A stretch of DNA of 28,084 bases from a virus (taxonomy: Duplodnaviria; Caudoviricetes). The stretch is taken from IMG/VR virus record IMGVR_UViG_3300042938_000185, positions 1-28,084 of that record; one strand, written 5' to 3'. The position numbers were made by a program, and so were the translations under genes. The notes beneath the pieces were generated by a model. It was given only the letters and a program-made list of their open reading frames with translations, made no database searches and had not been told where the DNA came from. This document shows, piece by piece, positions 1-10,000 of the stretch (positions are counted from its first letter, which is position 1; every line of letters starts with the position of its first letter).

Positions 1-2
1 TA

Positions 3-2720
3 GCAACCGATTTACTATATGGTGGTAACGAAAGAAGTGTTGTAGCTGGAAGATACTATTATGATTTCCCATCACAAGCTACAAACGCACAATTAGAACC
101 AACATTGACTGGTGTAAGATACGCAAAAGGAACGGCTATGAACGTAGTTGTTAATAAGCAAGTATTTACGGCATCTTTGGAAGTTCAATACGCATATGAT
201 TTAATAAAAGCTAACAAACTATTCATACAAAGTGAAAGTATTGCATATGTAAATGTTAAATACCCTAACTTAGATTATAGTGAAAGTAAATGTTATAGAG
301 ATTTGGGGTATATCATTGATGGTGTTGCAACTGATTTACTTTATGGTGGAAATGAAAGAAGTAGAAAGAATGCAGATTACTATTATCAGTTCCCATCACA
401 AGCTAACGGATTTGGTTCACAAGTGGTTGAAACAACTGATGCAATTAAGTACGCAGCTAGATTTACAACTGCATCTATTAGTAGTACATTAATAGCAGCA
501 CCTTCTATTATACTTAATACTTTAGGAAATATTAAAGTAACAAACACTAACCAATATATTTCAGCATCATCGGCAACTTCTACTGAAGCAACAATACTAT
601 CAGCATCAATTGCTATTGTAACAAACATAGTTGCTAACGGAACTAGTTCAGCAATAGTATCGGCATCATTAAGTTTACCAACATCATCTTATACAACGGC
701 TGTAAGTAATGATAATAGATGGATTGCATACGGAATACTAAAAAATAACATTTCATTCATACAGGATGAAACTATTGCTTACCTATCTTCTTCTTGGAGT
801 ACGGCATCTTACGATGAAAGTAAGTGTAGACGTGATGTAGGATTGATTATAAGTGGAGCAGCTGAAGATTTAGTATTTAACTCAAATTCAGCATCATTAT
901 TTAATGGTATATTCTATTATCAATATCCATCACAGGCGCAGGGAGCACAATTGAACCAAACACTTGATGGAATAAACTACGCAAGTAAGTTAGCACAAAA
1001 AGTAATTCAAAACATAACTTATGTAACGGCATCGGCAATTGTATCAGCATCATACGCATTGATAAGAAAGAATAGAGAGTTTATACAAAATGAAACTATT
1101 GCGTATCTATCTTCTTCTTGGAGTACGGCATCCTATATTGAATCAACTTGTAAAAGAGATGTTGGTCATATCGTAGATGCAGTTTCTACGGATTTATTAT
1201 ATGGTGGAAACGAAAGAAGTACAAACGCTGGGGTATTCTATTACTTATATCCATCGCAAGCGCAAGGTTCACAATTACAACCAACATTAGCAGGTGTTAA
1301 TTACGCAGGACAACTTTCTAAGAATGTTGCGGCATCATTAACATTTGTGACAGCATCACAATTGGTATCAGCATCGGTTAATTTATTGAGAAAGAATAGA
1401 GAGTTTATACAAAATGAAACACTAGCTTATTTAACTGCTAGCTGGAGTACATTTGAGTATGATAAAGATAAGTGTAAGAGAGATGTTGGTTATATCTTAG
1501 ACGGTGTAACAACTGATTTACTTTATGGTGGAAATGAAAGAGGTGTATTCAGCGGGGAGTTCTATTACAAATATCCATCTAAAGCAATTATTGAAGGAGA
1601 TGGTGATGGTGTTGGACAATTAGGACAAACAATTGATGGTATAAACTACGCAAGTAGAATAGCACAAAAGATTGTTAAGAATATAGTATTCCAAACGGCA
1701 TCATTAGAAGCATCGGCATCATTTGATTTATTAAGAAAGAACAAATCATTTATAGCAGAAGAAACTATTGCATATGTATCTTCGTCTTGGAGTGGAGTAT
1801 ATTATAATCAAACAACTTGTAAGAGAGATGTTGGATACTTAGTAGATGCAGCAGCAACGGATGTATTATATGGTGGACAAGAAAGAAGTGTGATAGCAGG
1901 ACAGTATTATTACTTATATCCTTCTAACGCAATCAATAAAGGTGTACCATCTACTCTAAATCAATTAGACCCAACTCTTACTGGTATCAGATATGCTGGA
2001 AAGTTATCTAAAAACGTAGTAATAAATCCAACGTATTTAGTACCATCAGCATCTTTAATAGATACTGCAAAATTATTGACAGATAACAAACAATTAATAC
2101 AAAAAGAAACTATAACATTCTTAAGTTCGTCTTGGAGTAACTTAAAATATAATGAAGCAAGTTGTAGTAGAGATTTAGGATTTATCATAGATGCAATCAG
2201 AACGGATTTAGTTTATGGTGGTAACGAAAGAAGTATTGAAGCAGGTTCTTATTATTATAAATTCCCATCAGTAGCAATTGTGGATAGTTATAGTGATAAT
2301 AACGGACAAAAGAAACAAACAATAGATGGTATTAACTTCGCAAGAGGAATATCTGAAAAAATAGTAGCAAATACTTTACTAACTTATTTAGCACCAGCAA
2401 CTAAGAGAAGACAGGCAGCTGAAAGATTAAAAGCTGGTAAAGATGAATTGAAACAAAGAGCAATTGGATACACAAATGGAGCATTTCCATATTTAGTATA
2501 TAATGAGGCAAGTTGTTCGCGTGATACTGGATTTATTGTAGATGCGGCTGTAACTGATTTATTGTATGGTGGAAACGAAAGAGGAATTAGAGCAGCATCT
2601 TCTTACTACGATGGACAATACGGAAGTGCAATAGCTGTGACTAGAGACCAATTATTAGAAACATTGGAAACAAATCGTTATCTAAGAACTAGAGCAGAGT
2701 TTATAGCAGCAGGTGCACCA
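3..2720 (+). repeat. Tandem protein-domain repeat array (at least 8 units)
   Basis: Conserved Cys codons (TGT) at 291, 825, 1149, 1473, 1818, 2163 and 2514; spacings 534, 324, 324, 345, 345, 351 nt. Exact 32-bp DNA repeats at 1065-1096/1389-1420 and 328-359/1510-1541. Confidence 0.95.
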
Positions 2721-3020
2721 TTGGAAGCATTTGGTTCTCTAATTGTGGCAACGGGTATTGACTATTCTTATAATGGCAGTGGTGTGACATTTAAAGCACT
2801 TCCTCCAAATCAGGGTGGTAGTGGTGTTGCAAATCCAATATATGAAATTACCGAATTGGGTGGAGGTAGAATCTACTTTACATCTGGTAATCAGGATGGT
2901 GACTTTAGAATTGGTACTGGTTTAAGTATTAATCAGGCAACTGGTACTCTTGTGGGTAGAACATTTAGTAAATCTCTATTCTCATTAGTAACTCCGTTCT
3001 CATTAGCACTACAAATATAA
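3..3020 (+). CDS. Large repeat-containing virion structural protein (5'-truncated) with tandem ~108-117 aa helical CxRD..D.LYGGNER repeats
   Basis: The frame is open from nt 3 (ATDLLYGGNERSVVAGRYYYDFPSQ...), so the TTG at 105 is not the true start. Seven complete CxRD repeats plus one truncated repeat are present. The C-terminal domain GGGRIYFTSGNQDGDFRIGTGLSINQATG resembles ends of large myovirus structural proteins (recalled, not searched). TAA stop. Confidence 0.8.
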   Translation, partial: ATDLLYGGNERSVVAGRYYYDFPSQATNAQLEPTLTGVRYAKGTAMNVVVNKQVFTASLEVQYAYDLIKANKLFIQSESIAYVNVKYPNLDYSESKCYRDLGYIIDGVATDLLYGGNERSRKNADYYYQFPSQANGFGSQVVETTDAIKYAARFTTASISSTLIAAPSIILNTLGNIKVTNTNQYISASSATSTEATILSASIAIVTNIVANGTSSAIVSASLSLPTSSYTTAVSNDNRWIAYGILKNNISFIQDETIAYLSSSWSTASYDESKCRRDVGLIISGAAEDLVFNSNSASLFNGIFYYQYPSQAQGAQLNQTLDGINYASKLAQKVIQNITYVTASAIVSASYALIRKNREFIQNETIAYLSSSWSTASYIESTCKRDVGHIVDAVSTDLLYGGNERSTNAGVFYYLYPSQAQGSQLQPTLAGVNYAGQLSKNVAASLTFVTASQLVSASVNLLRKNREFIQNETLAYLTASWSTFEYDKDKCKRDVGYILDGVTTDLLYGGNERGVFSGEFYYKYPSKAIIEGDGDGVGQLGQTIDGINYASRIAQKIVKNIVFQTASLEASASFDLLRKNKSFIAEETIAYVSSSWSGVYYNQTTCKRDVGYLVDAAATDVLYGGQERSVIAGQYYYLYPSNAINKGVPSTLNQLDPTLTGIRYAGKLSKNVVINPTYLVPSASLIDTAKLLTDNKQLIQKETITFLSSSWSNLKYNEASCSRDLGFIIDAIRTDLVYGGNERSIEAGSYYYKFPSVAIVDSYSDNNGQKKQTIDGINFARGISEKIVANTLLTYLAPATKRRQAAERLKAGKDELKQRAIGYTNGAFPYLVYNEASCSRDTGFIVDAAVTDLLYGGNERGIRAASSYYDGQYGSAIAVTRDQLLETLETNRYLRTRAEFIAAGAPLEAFGSLIVATGIDYSYNGSGVTFKALPPNQGGSGVANPIYEITELGGGRIYFTSGNQDGDFRIGTGLSINQATGTLVGRTFSKSLFSLVTPFSLALQI

Positions 3021-3046
3021 AAAAAGAAAAATAAAAAAATAAAAAA

Positions 3047-3964
3047 ATGGCAGAAGTTTTTGTACCCTTAAATCGGTTTCAGTCAGTAGTAACAGGATTG
3101 ACTGGAGAGCCGGATGAAATATATACAACACCCGCTGGTGTATCATCAATTGTATTATCTTGTCAAATTACAAATAATAGTTTGGTAACACAGCCTGTTA
3201 CTATATTTGTAACATCTAACAAAGAAATACCAATACCTGAATTTAGTAATGTATATAGTGGTAGTTCTTTTATAAGTTCTTCTGTATCTTTATTAAATTT
3301 TAGTGGTAGTTTTGCAAGCGCATCTTTATTACTTAATTCAAATAGACAATTTTTGAGAAAAGAAATAGCAGCATATACACAAAATCAAAATAGTTTATCG
3401 GAAACTCCATTTACTTTTATATCATCATACTTTGAACAAAATACTTTAGATGATGTTGATGCAATAAAATATGATATCGTTAATAATACAACTATTAGAA
3501 CGAGTAAAGCTGCAAAAGCTTATTTTGATAAGAATGGGGCATCTTTAATAGCTTCAGTTGAATACTCAGCATCTATCTTTGCATTGGATTATTTAAAAGT
3601 ATTATCAAATCAAATTATAAAAAACCAATCTGTAACTGGTTCTACTCTTTCACCATTATTATTTCAAAGTGGAGTTACTCAATCTGTATTGACGGGATTT
3701 AATAATGGAACGAATGCAGGATTATCAGCATCTTTATATGTTGTTAATTCTTTAGTAGATAGTATTAAAGCTACAATTGAATCTCCTGTATTTATTGAGC
3801 AGGAAGCTGTGAGATTAGTAACAAACGTAACAATACCACCCGCAGATTCACTTTCACCGGTAGTTTCTGGTAAGTTGGTATTGGAAGAAACATATGGTTT
3901 TATAGTATCCGGCTCAACTGAATTAACTGTAGTCCTTTCTTTGCTAGAGAGTGCGAATGAATAA
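3047..3964 (+). CDS. Putative virion adaptor protein: small beta-sandwich domain split by an inserted degenerate helical repeat
   Basis: 305 aa, ATG after an A-run. The N-terminus (IYTTPAGVSSIVLSCQITN) and C-terminus (LVTNVTIP..KLVLEET..VVLSLLE) match the 110-aa protein at 15881-16213. The middle (LLLNSNRQFLRKEIAAY..VDAIKYDIV) matches the upstream repeat but lacks CxRD. Confidence 0.75.
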   Translation: MAEVFVPLNRFQSVVTGLTGEPDEIYTTPAGVSSIVLSCQITNNSLVTQPVTIFVTSNKEIPIPEFSNVYSGSSFISSSVSLLNFSGSFASASLLLNSNRQFLRKEIAAYTQNQNSLSETPFTFISSYFEQNTLDDVDAIKYDIVNNTTIRTSKAAKAYFDKNGASLIASVEYSASIFALDYLKVLSNQIIKNQSVTGSTLSPLLFQSGVTQSVLTGFNNGTNAGLSASLYVVNSLVDSIKATIESPVFIEQEAVRLVTNVTIPPADSLSPVVSGKLVLEETYGFIVSGSTELTVVLSLLESANE

Positions 3965-3983
3965 CGATAATATTATAGATTTA

Positions 3984-4012
3984 ATATTTATAGTAGAAAT
4001 TTCATATTTATA
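3984..4012 (+). promoter_or_regulatory. Tandem ATATTTATA motifs, putative late promoter
   Basis: ATATTTATA at 3984-3992 and 4004-4012, the second ending 19 nt before ATG 4032. The same motif precedes four other genes. Confidence 0.6.
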
Positions 4013-4031
4013 ACAAAGCTAGCAAGAACTA

Positions 4032-7000
4032 ATGGCAATAAGTAATCTTTTAACAGGTAGGGTAAGGGTAGTATCGCCTAAAAATGTAACATCTGACAGG
4101 TATCAATTTCTTGATTTATCTCAAGCGGAGCCTAATTTAGGAGTACCACCATTCTCAGCCTCATTATTAACAAATCCAGCTATAATAGTTTCGGATAGTG
4201 ATGGTAATAGAGGGTTTGCAAAGAAATTATTTTTAGAAGAGTTTTCTGGCTCGTTTTCAGGCTCATTTCAGGGAGATGGTAGTGGATTAAGAAATGTACC
4301 ATCTGTAGTAGCACCATTTATAGCAAGTGGTTCTGCAACTGCATCGTTTAAATCTAACGGACTTAATATAAATACGGATACTATAATTGATGGTAATCTT
4401 TATGTGAGTAAATCAATTATAGCAGACCAAATTATTGTAAATATAGTTTCATCATCAATAATTTATTCGTCTGGTTCAAACATATTTGGTAATACTGATT
4501 CAAATATACAACAATTCACAGGTTCTGTACGAATACAAAGTGAATTGATTGGTAATAATATTACTGGTTCTTCTTTTACTGGTTCATTTACTGGTTCATT
4601 TTTTGGAGATGGTAGAGATTTATTTAATTTACCTCAAGCTACTAGATTATCAACTGGTTCTGTAACTGCATCAGTTTCTCCTCAATTTGGATTTAAAGTA
4701 GAATCAATATCGAGTGGTTCTCAATTTACTGGAAGCTTATTTGTAAGTGGTAATGTAACTGCAGATTTTTATTTTGGAGATGGTTCTAATTTATTAAATG
4801 TACCTTCAACAGTAGCACCTAGAATTGCTAGTGGTAGTGTAACTGCATCAATCGCACCAAATACTGGATTTATTGTAAATACATTTGCACAATTTGAATT
4901 TCCTGTATCAGCATCAATGTTTAGTGGTAGTGGTAGAGGTTTATTTGATATTCCTCGTTCTGCTCTTACACCCGATGCATTAACGGCAACATTAATAGCA
5001 ACTGGTTCTATAACTGCTTCTGTAAGTCCTAATTATGGATTTAAAGTAGAAGCAGGTGAATTGGGTTCTCAGTTTACTGGAAGTTTATTTGTAAGTGGTG
5101 GAAACATAAGAGTTGAAACTGGTTCGTTTTTTAGTGGTAGTGGTGCTGGTTTAAAAGATATACCTCGTTCAGCATTAACACCGGATGCATTATTAAGTAC
5201 TTTAATTACAAGTGGTAGTGTAACTGCATCAGTATCGCCTAATTTAGGATTTCAGGTAATATCCGCAGAAAGTGGTTCAACCTTTACTGGTAGTTTATTT
5301 GTAAGTGGGGGTATTGAAATAAATTCTGGGTCATCTTATTCTGGTAGTGGAGAACGATTATTTGATATTCCTATTAAAGCATTAAAAGATTTAGACCTTA
5401 CAAAAATTAGTAGTGGTAGTGCAACAGCATCTATTAGTCCTGATTTTGGATTTAGAGTAAATACGTTTTCTACATTTAGTGGAAGTATGATAATATCGGC
5501 ATCTGCTGTTTATTATACATCGGAATCATTGGATACTGTTTTTAATGTAACGAATGGTGCCGATATTGCATATTCATTTACTGGAGCGGTTAGTGGACCT
5601 AACCCAGCTATAAATTTGGTAAGGGGTATAACATATACATTTAATATTAATGCAGCTGGGCAACCATTTTGGATAAAAACAGCAATTTCAACAGGTGGTG
5701 GTGATTTATATAATACTGGTGTAACAAATAATGGAGCTGAAGTAGGTACGATTACATTCACTGTTCCGAATGATGCACCAAATATATTATATTATAACTC
5801 CGAATATCAGGCATCAATGCGTGGTACTATTAATATAGTTGATAGTCTTGTAAAAAGACCAGCAGAATTAAAAGTAATAGGATATACTAATATTATAGGT
5901 GATACTAGTATAACGGGTAGTTTGCTTGTTAAAGATGGCGCAACATTTAAATATTGGGTATCGGCATCGGTGTTTACTGGTAGTGGTGCTGGATTATATG
6001 ATATTCCTCGTTCTGCATTTACTGGAGATTCAACTAGAATAGCAAGTGGTAGTATAACAGCATCTGTGAGTCCTGATTATGGATTTAGAGTTGAAACTGA
6101 TTTAAGTGGGTCTACTAGATATGGTTCTCAATTTACTGGTAGTGTAGATGTAAGTGCAAGTTTTAGAGCACGTGATATAATTACTAATCTTATTTTTGCT
6201 AATGAAATTAGTGGGTCTGATATTAGTGGTTCATTTCAAGGAGATGGTAGTAGATTAACAAATATTAACGTACCACCGCAAGTAGCAACAAAAATTGTTT
6301 CTGGTTCAGTAACTGCATCGGTTGCACCTAATATTGGATTTGTAGTTACATCTACCGAATTGGGTTCTACTTTATTAGGTCGTGTTGGAATTAGCGGAAG
6401 TTTATTTGTAAGTGGTAATATAGAACTAAATTCAGGTTCAGCATTTTCTGGTAGTGGGGCTAATTTATTTAATATACCTAGAACAGCTTTAACGCCCGAT
6501 GCATTATTATCAACATTTATAGCATCTGGTAGTGTAACTGCATCAGTATCACCTAACTTTGGATTTAAAATAGAATCTACTGAAAAGGGTACACAATTTA
6601 GTGGAAGTTTATTTGTAAGTGGAGCTGGAATATTTTTAAATTCTGGTTCATTTAGTGGTAGTGGTAAAAATTTATTTGATATTCCAATTTCAGCACTTTC
6701 TAATTTAGATACATCAAAAATATTTAGTGGTAGTGTAACTGCATCAGTTTCTCCAAATAGAGGATTTGAAGTATTTGCAGCTACATCAAATTTTTCTGGT
6801 TCAATATCGGCATCTGTATTTAGTGGTAGTGGTGCTGGATTAACAAATATTCCATTTTCAGCACTTTCACAAGAATTATTCAGAATCACAAGTGGTAGTG
6901 TAACTGCATCAGTATCTCCTGATACTGGATTTAAAGTAGAATCATCAGAAATTGGTTCTCAATTTACAGGTTCATTATTTGTTAGTGGTGGATACATTAG

Positions 7001-10000
7001 AGTTGAAACCGGCTCATTCTTCTCTGGTTCTGGTGCTGGATTAAATAATATTCCTCGTTCTGCTTTAACTTTAGATGCATTAATATCGACTGAAATTAAA
7101 AGTGGAAGTGTAACTGCATCTGTTTCACCTGATGATGGATTTAGAGTAATTTCAATAGAAAGTGGTTCTCAATTTAGTGGAAGTTTATTTGTAAGTGGAG
7201 GATATATTAGAGTAGAGACTGGTTCATTCTTTAGTGGTAGTGGTGCTGGGTTATCTGATATTCCTGAATCCGCTCTATCATTTAAAATTAATAGAATTGC
7301 AAGTGGTTCGGCAACGGCATCTATATCACCCGATTATGGTTTTAGAGTAAACACATTTTCTGCAATTAGTGGAAGTTTTATAGTATCATCTTCAGCTAGA
7401 GAATTGGCTTATAGTGATATAGATACTGTATTTAACGTAACAAATGATGGTAGTAATTCGTATATTATAAGCAATAGGTTAGTAAGTGGTTCAAATCCAA
7501 CTTTAACTTTAGTAAGAAATGTAAATTATACATTTAACGTAAATGCTTCTGGGCATCCATTCTTAATTAAAACACAAAGTGGACCAGGCCCTAGTAACAC
7601 ATACACTACTTGGGTAACTAATAATGGTGATGATGTTGGTGTTATAACATTTTTGGTTTCTGGAAGTGCACCTGATACATTATACTATAATTGTCAGTTT
7701 CATGGAAGTATGGCAGGTACTATTAATGTAGTAGATGCATTATATGTTCCAGCTGAAATAAAATTAATTGGTGAAACAAAAGTAGAAGGTAATGTAACCG
7801 CTTCAATGTTTAGTGGTAGTGGTAAAGGATTATTTGATATACCACAATCTGCGATATCCGGTGATACCGTTAGAATTGCTAGTGGTAGTGTAACCGCATC
7901 TGTATCTCCTAATTTTGGATTTAGAGTAGCATCATTTGTAAGCGGTTCTGATTTTAGTGGAAGTATTAGAATAGATTCATCATCTTTCATATATTCATTA
8001 GGAACTTATTTAAGAGAAATTCCTAGAGCAGCATTAACCGAAGATGCATTAGTTTCATCGGAAATTAAATCCGGCTCAGTAACGGCGTCTGTAAGTCCTG
8101 ATTTTGGGTTTAGAGTAACAAGTCCATTCTCATCTTCAATTGATGAATCTGGTTCATTTACTACACAAATTGGTTCTAGATTTACTGGTTCAATTTCTAT
8201 AAGTGGTAGTTTATTTGTAAATGATACAAGTGGTGGTTTATTTATAGAATCATCTTCATTCATATATGGCGTTGGTACTTATTTAAGAAATATCCCTCGT
8301 TCAGCATTGACAGAAGATGCGTTAATATCTACTGAAATTAAAAGTGGTAGTGTAACCGCATCGGTAAGTCCTGATTTTGGATTTAGAGTAATAGCAACTG
8401 ATATAGTTAGTGGTTCTATTTTTGGTTCTCAATTTACAGGTTCCGTTGATGTAAGTGGAAGTATTAGAGCATTTACATTTTTAGGAGATGGTTCTCAATT
8501 AACAAATGTAGTAGCTGCAGCATCTCCATTAATAGCAAGTGGTTCGGCAACGGCTTCGGTAGCAAGTGGTGATACTTTTATAGTAACAACTGGAGCAACT
8601 GGTTCTGGTTTGGATTTTCAAATTGGTACTCGTATAACGGGTAGTGTGGATATTAGTGGTAGTTTAAAATCACAATTCTTTGTTGGTGATGGTAGATTTA
8701 TTAGTAACGTACAAGCAGCAGCTGCACCATTCATTGGTAGTGGTTCTGCAACAGCATCAGTTCAAAGCGGTGATTCCTTTGTAGTAACAACTGGAGCAAC
8801 TGGTTCGGCCATTGGTTCTAGATTTACGGGTTCAATTGACGTAAGTGGTAGTGTTAGAGCATTCACATTTATTGGAGATGGTTCTCAACTAATAAATGTA
8901 CAAGCATCAGCAGCACCTTTAATAGCAAGTGGTTCAGCAACTGCATCTGTACAAAGTGGAATACAATTTATTGTAACAACAAAGGGAAATTTCTCTACTG
9001 TAGGTTCAAACTCTGGCTCTTATTATGGTTCTGTATTTACTGGTTCTGTAATTATTAGTGGGTCAATATCAGCATCTCGTTACGATGGAGATGGTGGTGG
9101 ATTATTTAATATACCGGCATCAGCACTTGAAGATTTACAATTAGATAGAATCCAATCTGGTTCTGGTAGAGCAATTATAGACCCAGAAAAATTAGATGTA
9201 AACGTACCAATAACAGCAGCACTTTATATAGGTGATGGTGGTGGGTTATTTAATATTCCTGCAAACGCATTGCAAGACCTTAAATTAGATAGAATCATAT
9301 CTGGTTCTGTTCAGGGTGTAATATCACCAAACAAAGGATTAGAAGTTAATACATCTGTTAGAATATTCTCTGGTTCATTGACTGTGAGTGGTTCGGTGTT
9401 TGTTAGTGGTGGAAATGTTATAGTAGCAAGTGGTTCAACATTTATTGGAGATGGTAGTGGTTTGACAAATATTAGTTTAGCAAATATATCATTTGAAACA
9501 TTTATATTAAAGAGTGGTTCATTCACCGCATCAATTTCTCCTGATAAAGGATTTGTTGTAAACGCATCGGCTAGTATTTGGGGAGATGTATATGTTGGAA
9601 ATAATCTAAGAGCTAATAAAATAACTGGAAGTACTTCAATATATTCTCCAATAGTAAGTGGGGGTTTATTGGGTACATACACATATCAGGGAAATGGACC
9701 AACTGCAAGTATTGATTACGATATTTTAAGATATGACCCAACTAGAGGACATTATATTCCTCAACCTGAAACTTCATTAACTGAAACAGTATCATTTAAT
9801 AATGTTAGTAGTTTAACAATTGTACACAATTTGGGAATTAGATACCCAATGGTTCAGGTTTACGCAACTGGTTCGGAAGACCAAATTTTACCTGGCACAA
9901 TAAAATCGATTGATGATGATACTATTCAAATTCTATTTAGTGGATTGACTAGTGGACATGCCGTAATTGGTAGTGGTGGTAGTTTAATAAACGGAAGTAT

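Larger units (their letters stand above)
4320..9560 (+). repeat. About 22 copies of a ~50-90 aa repeat (IASGSVTASVSP.GF.V...GSQFTGSLFVSG...FSGSGAGL.DIP)
   Basis: Counted from the translation. One further copy occurs in the second fibre near 16540. There is a higher-order duplication with a 1890-nt offset (4995/6885, 5205/7095, 5406/7296). Confidence 0.9.

Noticed and set aside
105-107. TTG start assigned to the first ORF
   Set aside because: The frame is open to the window edge and encodes another repeat unit, so the gene starts upstream.
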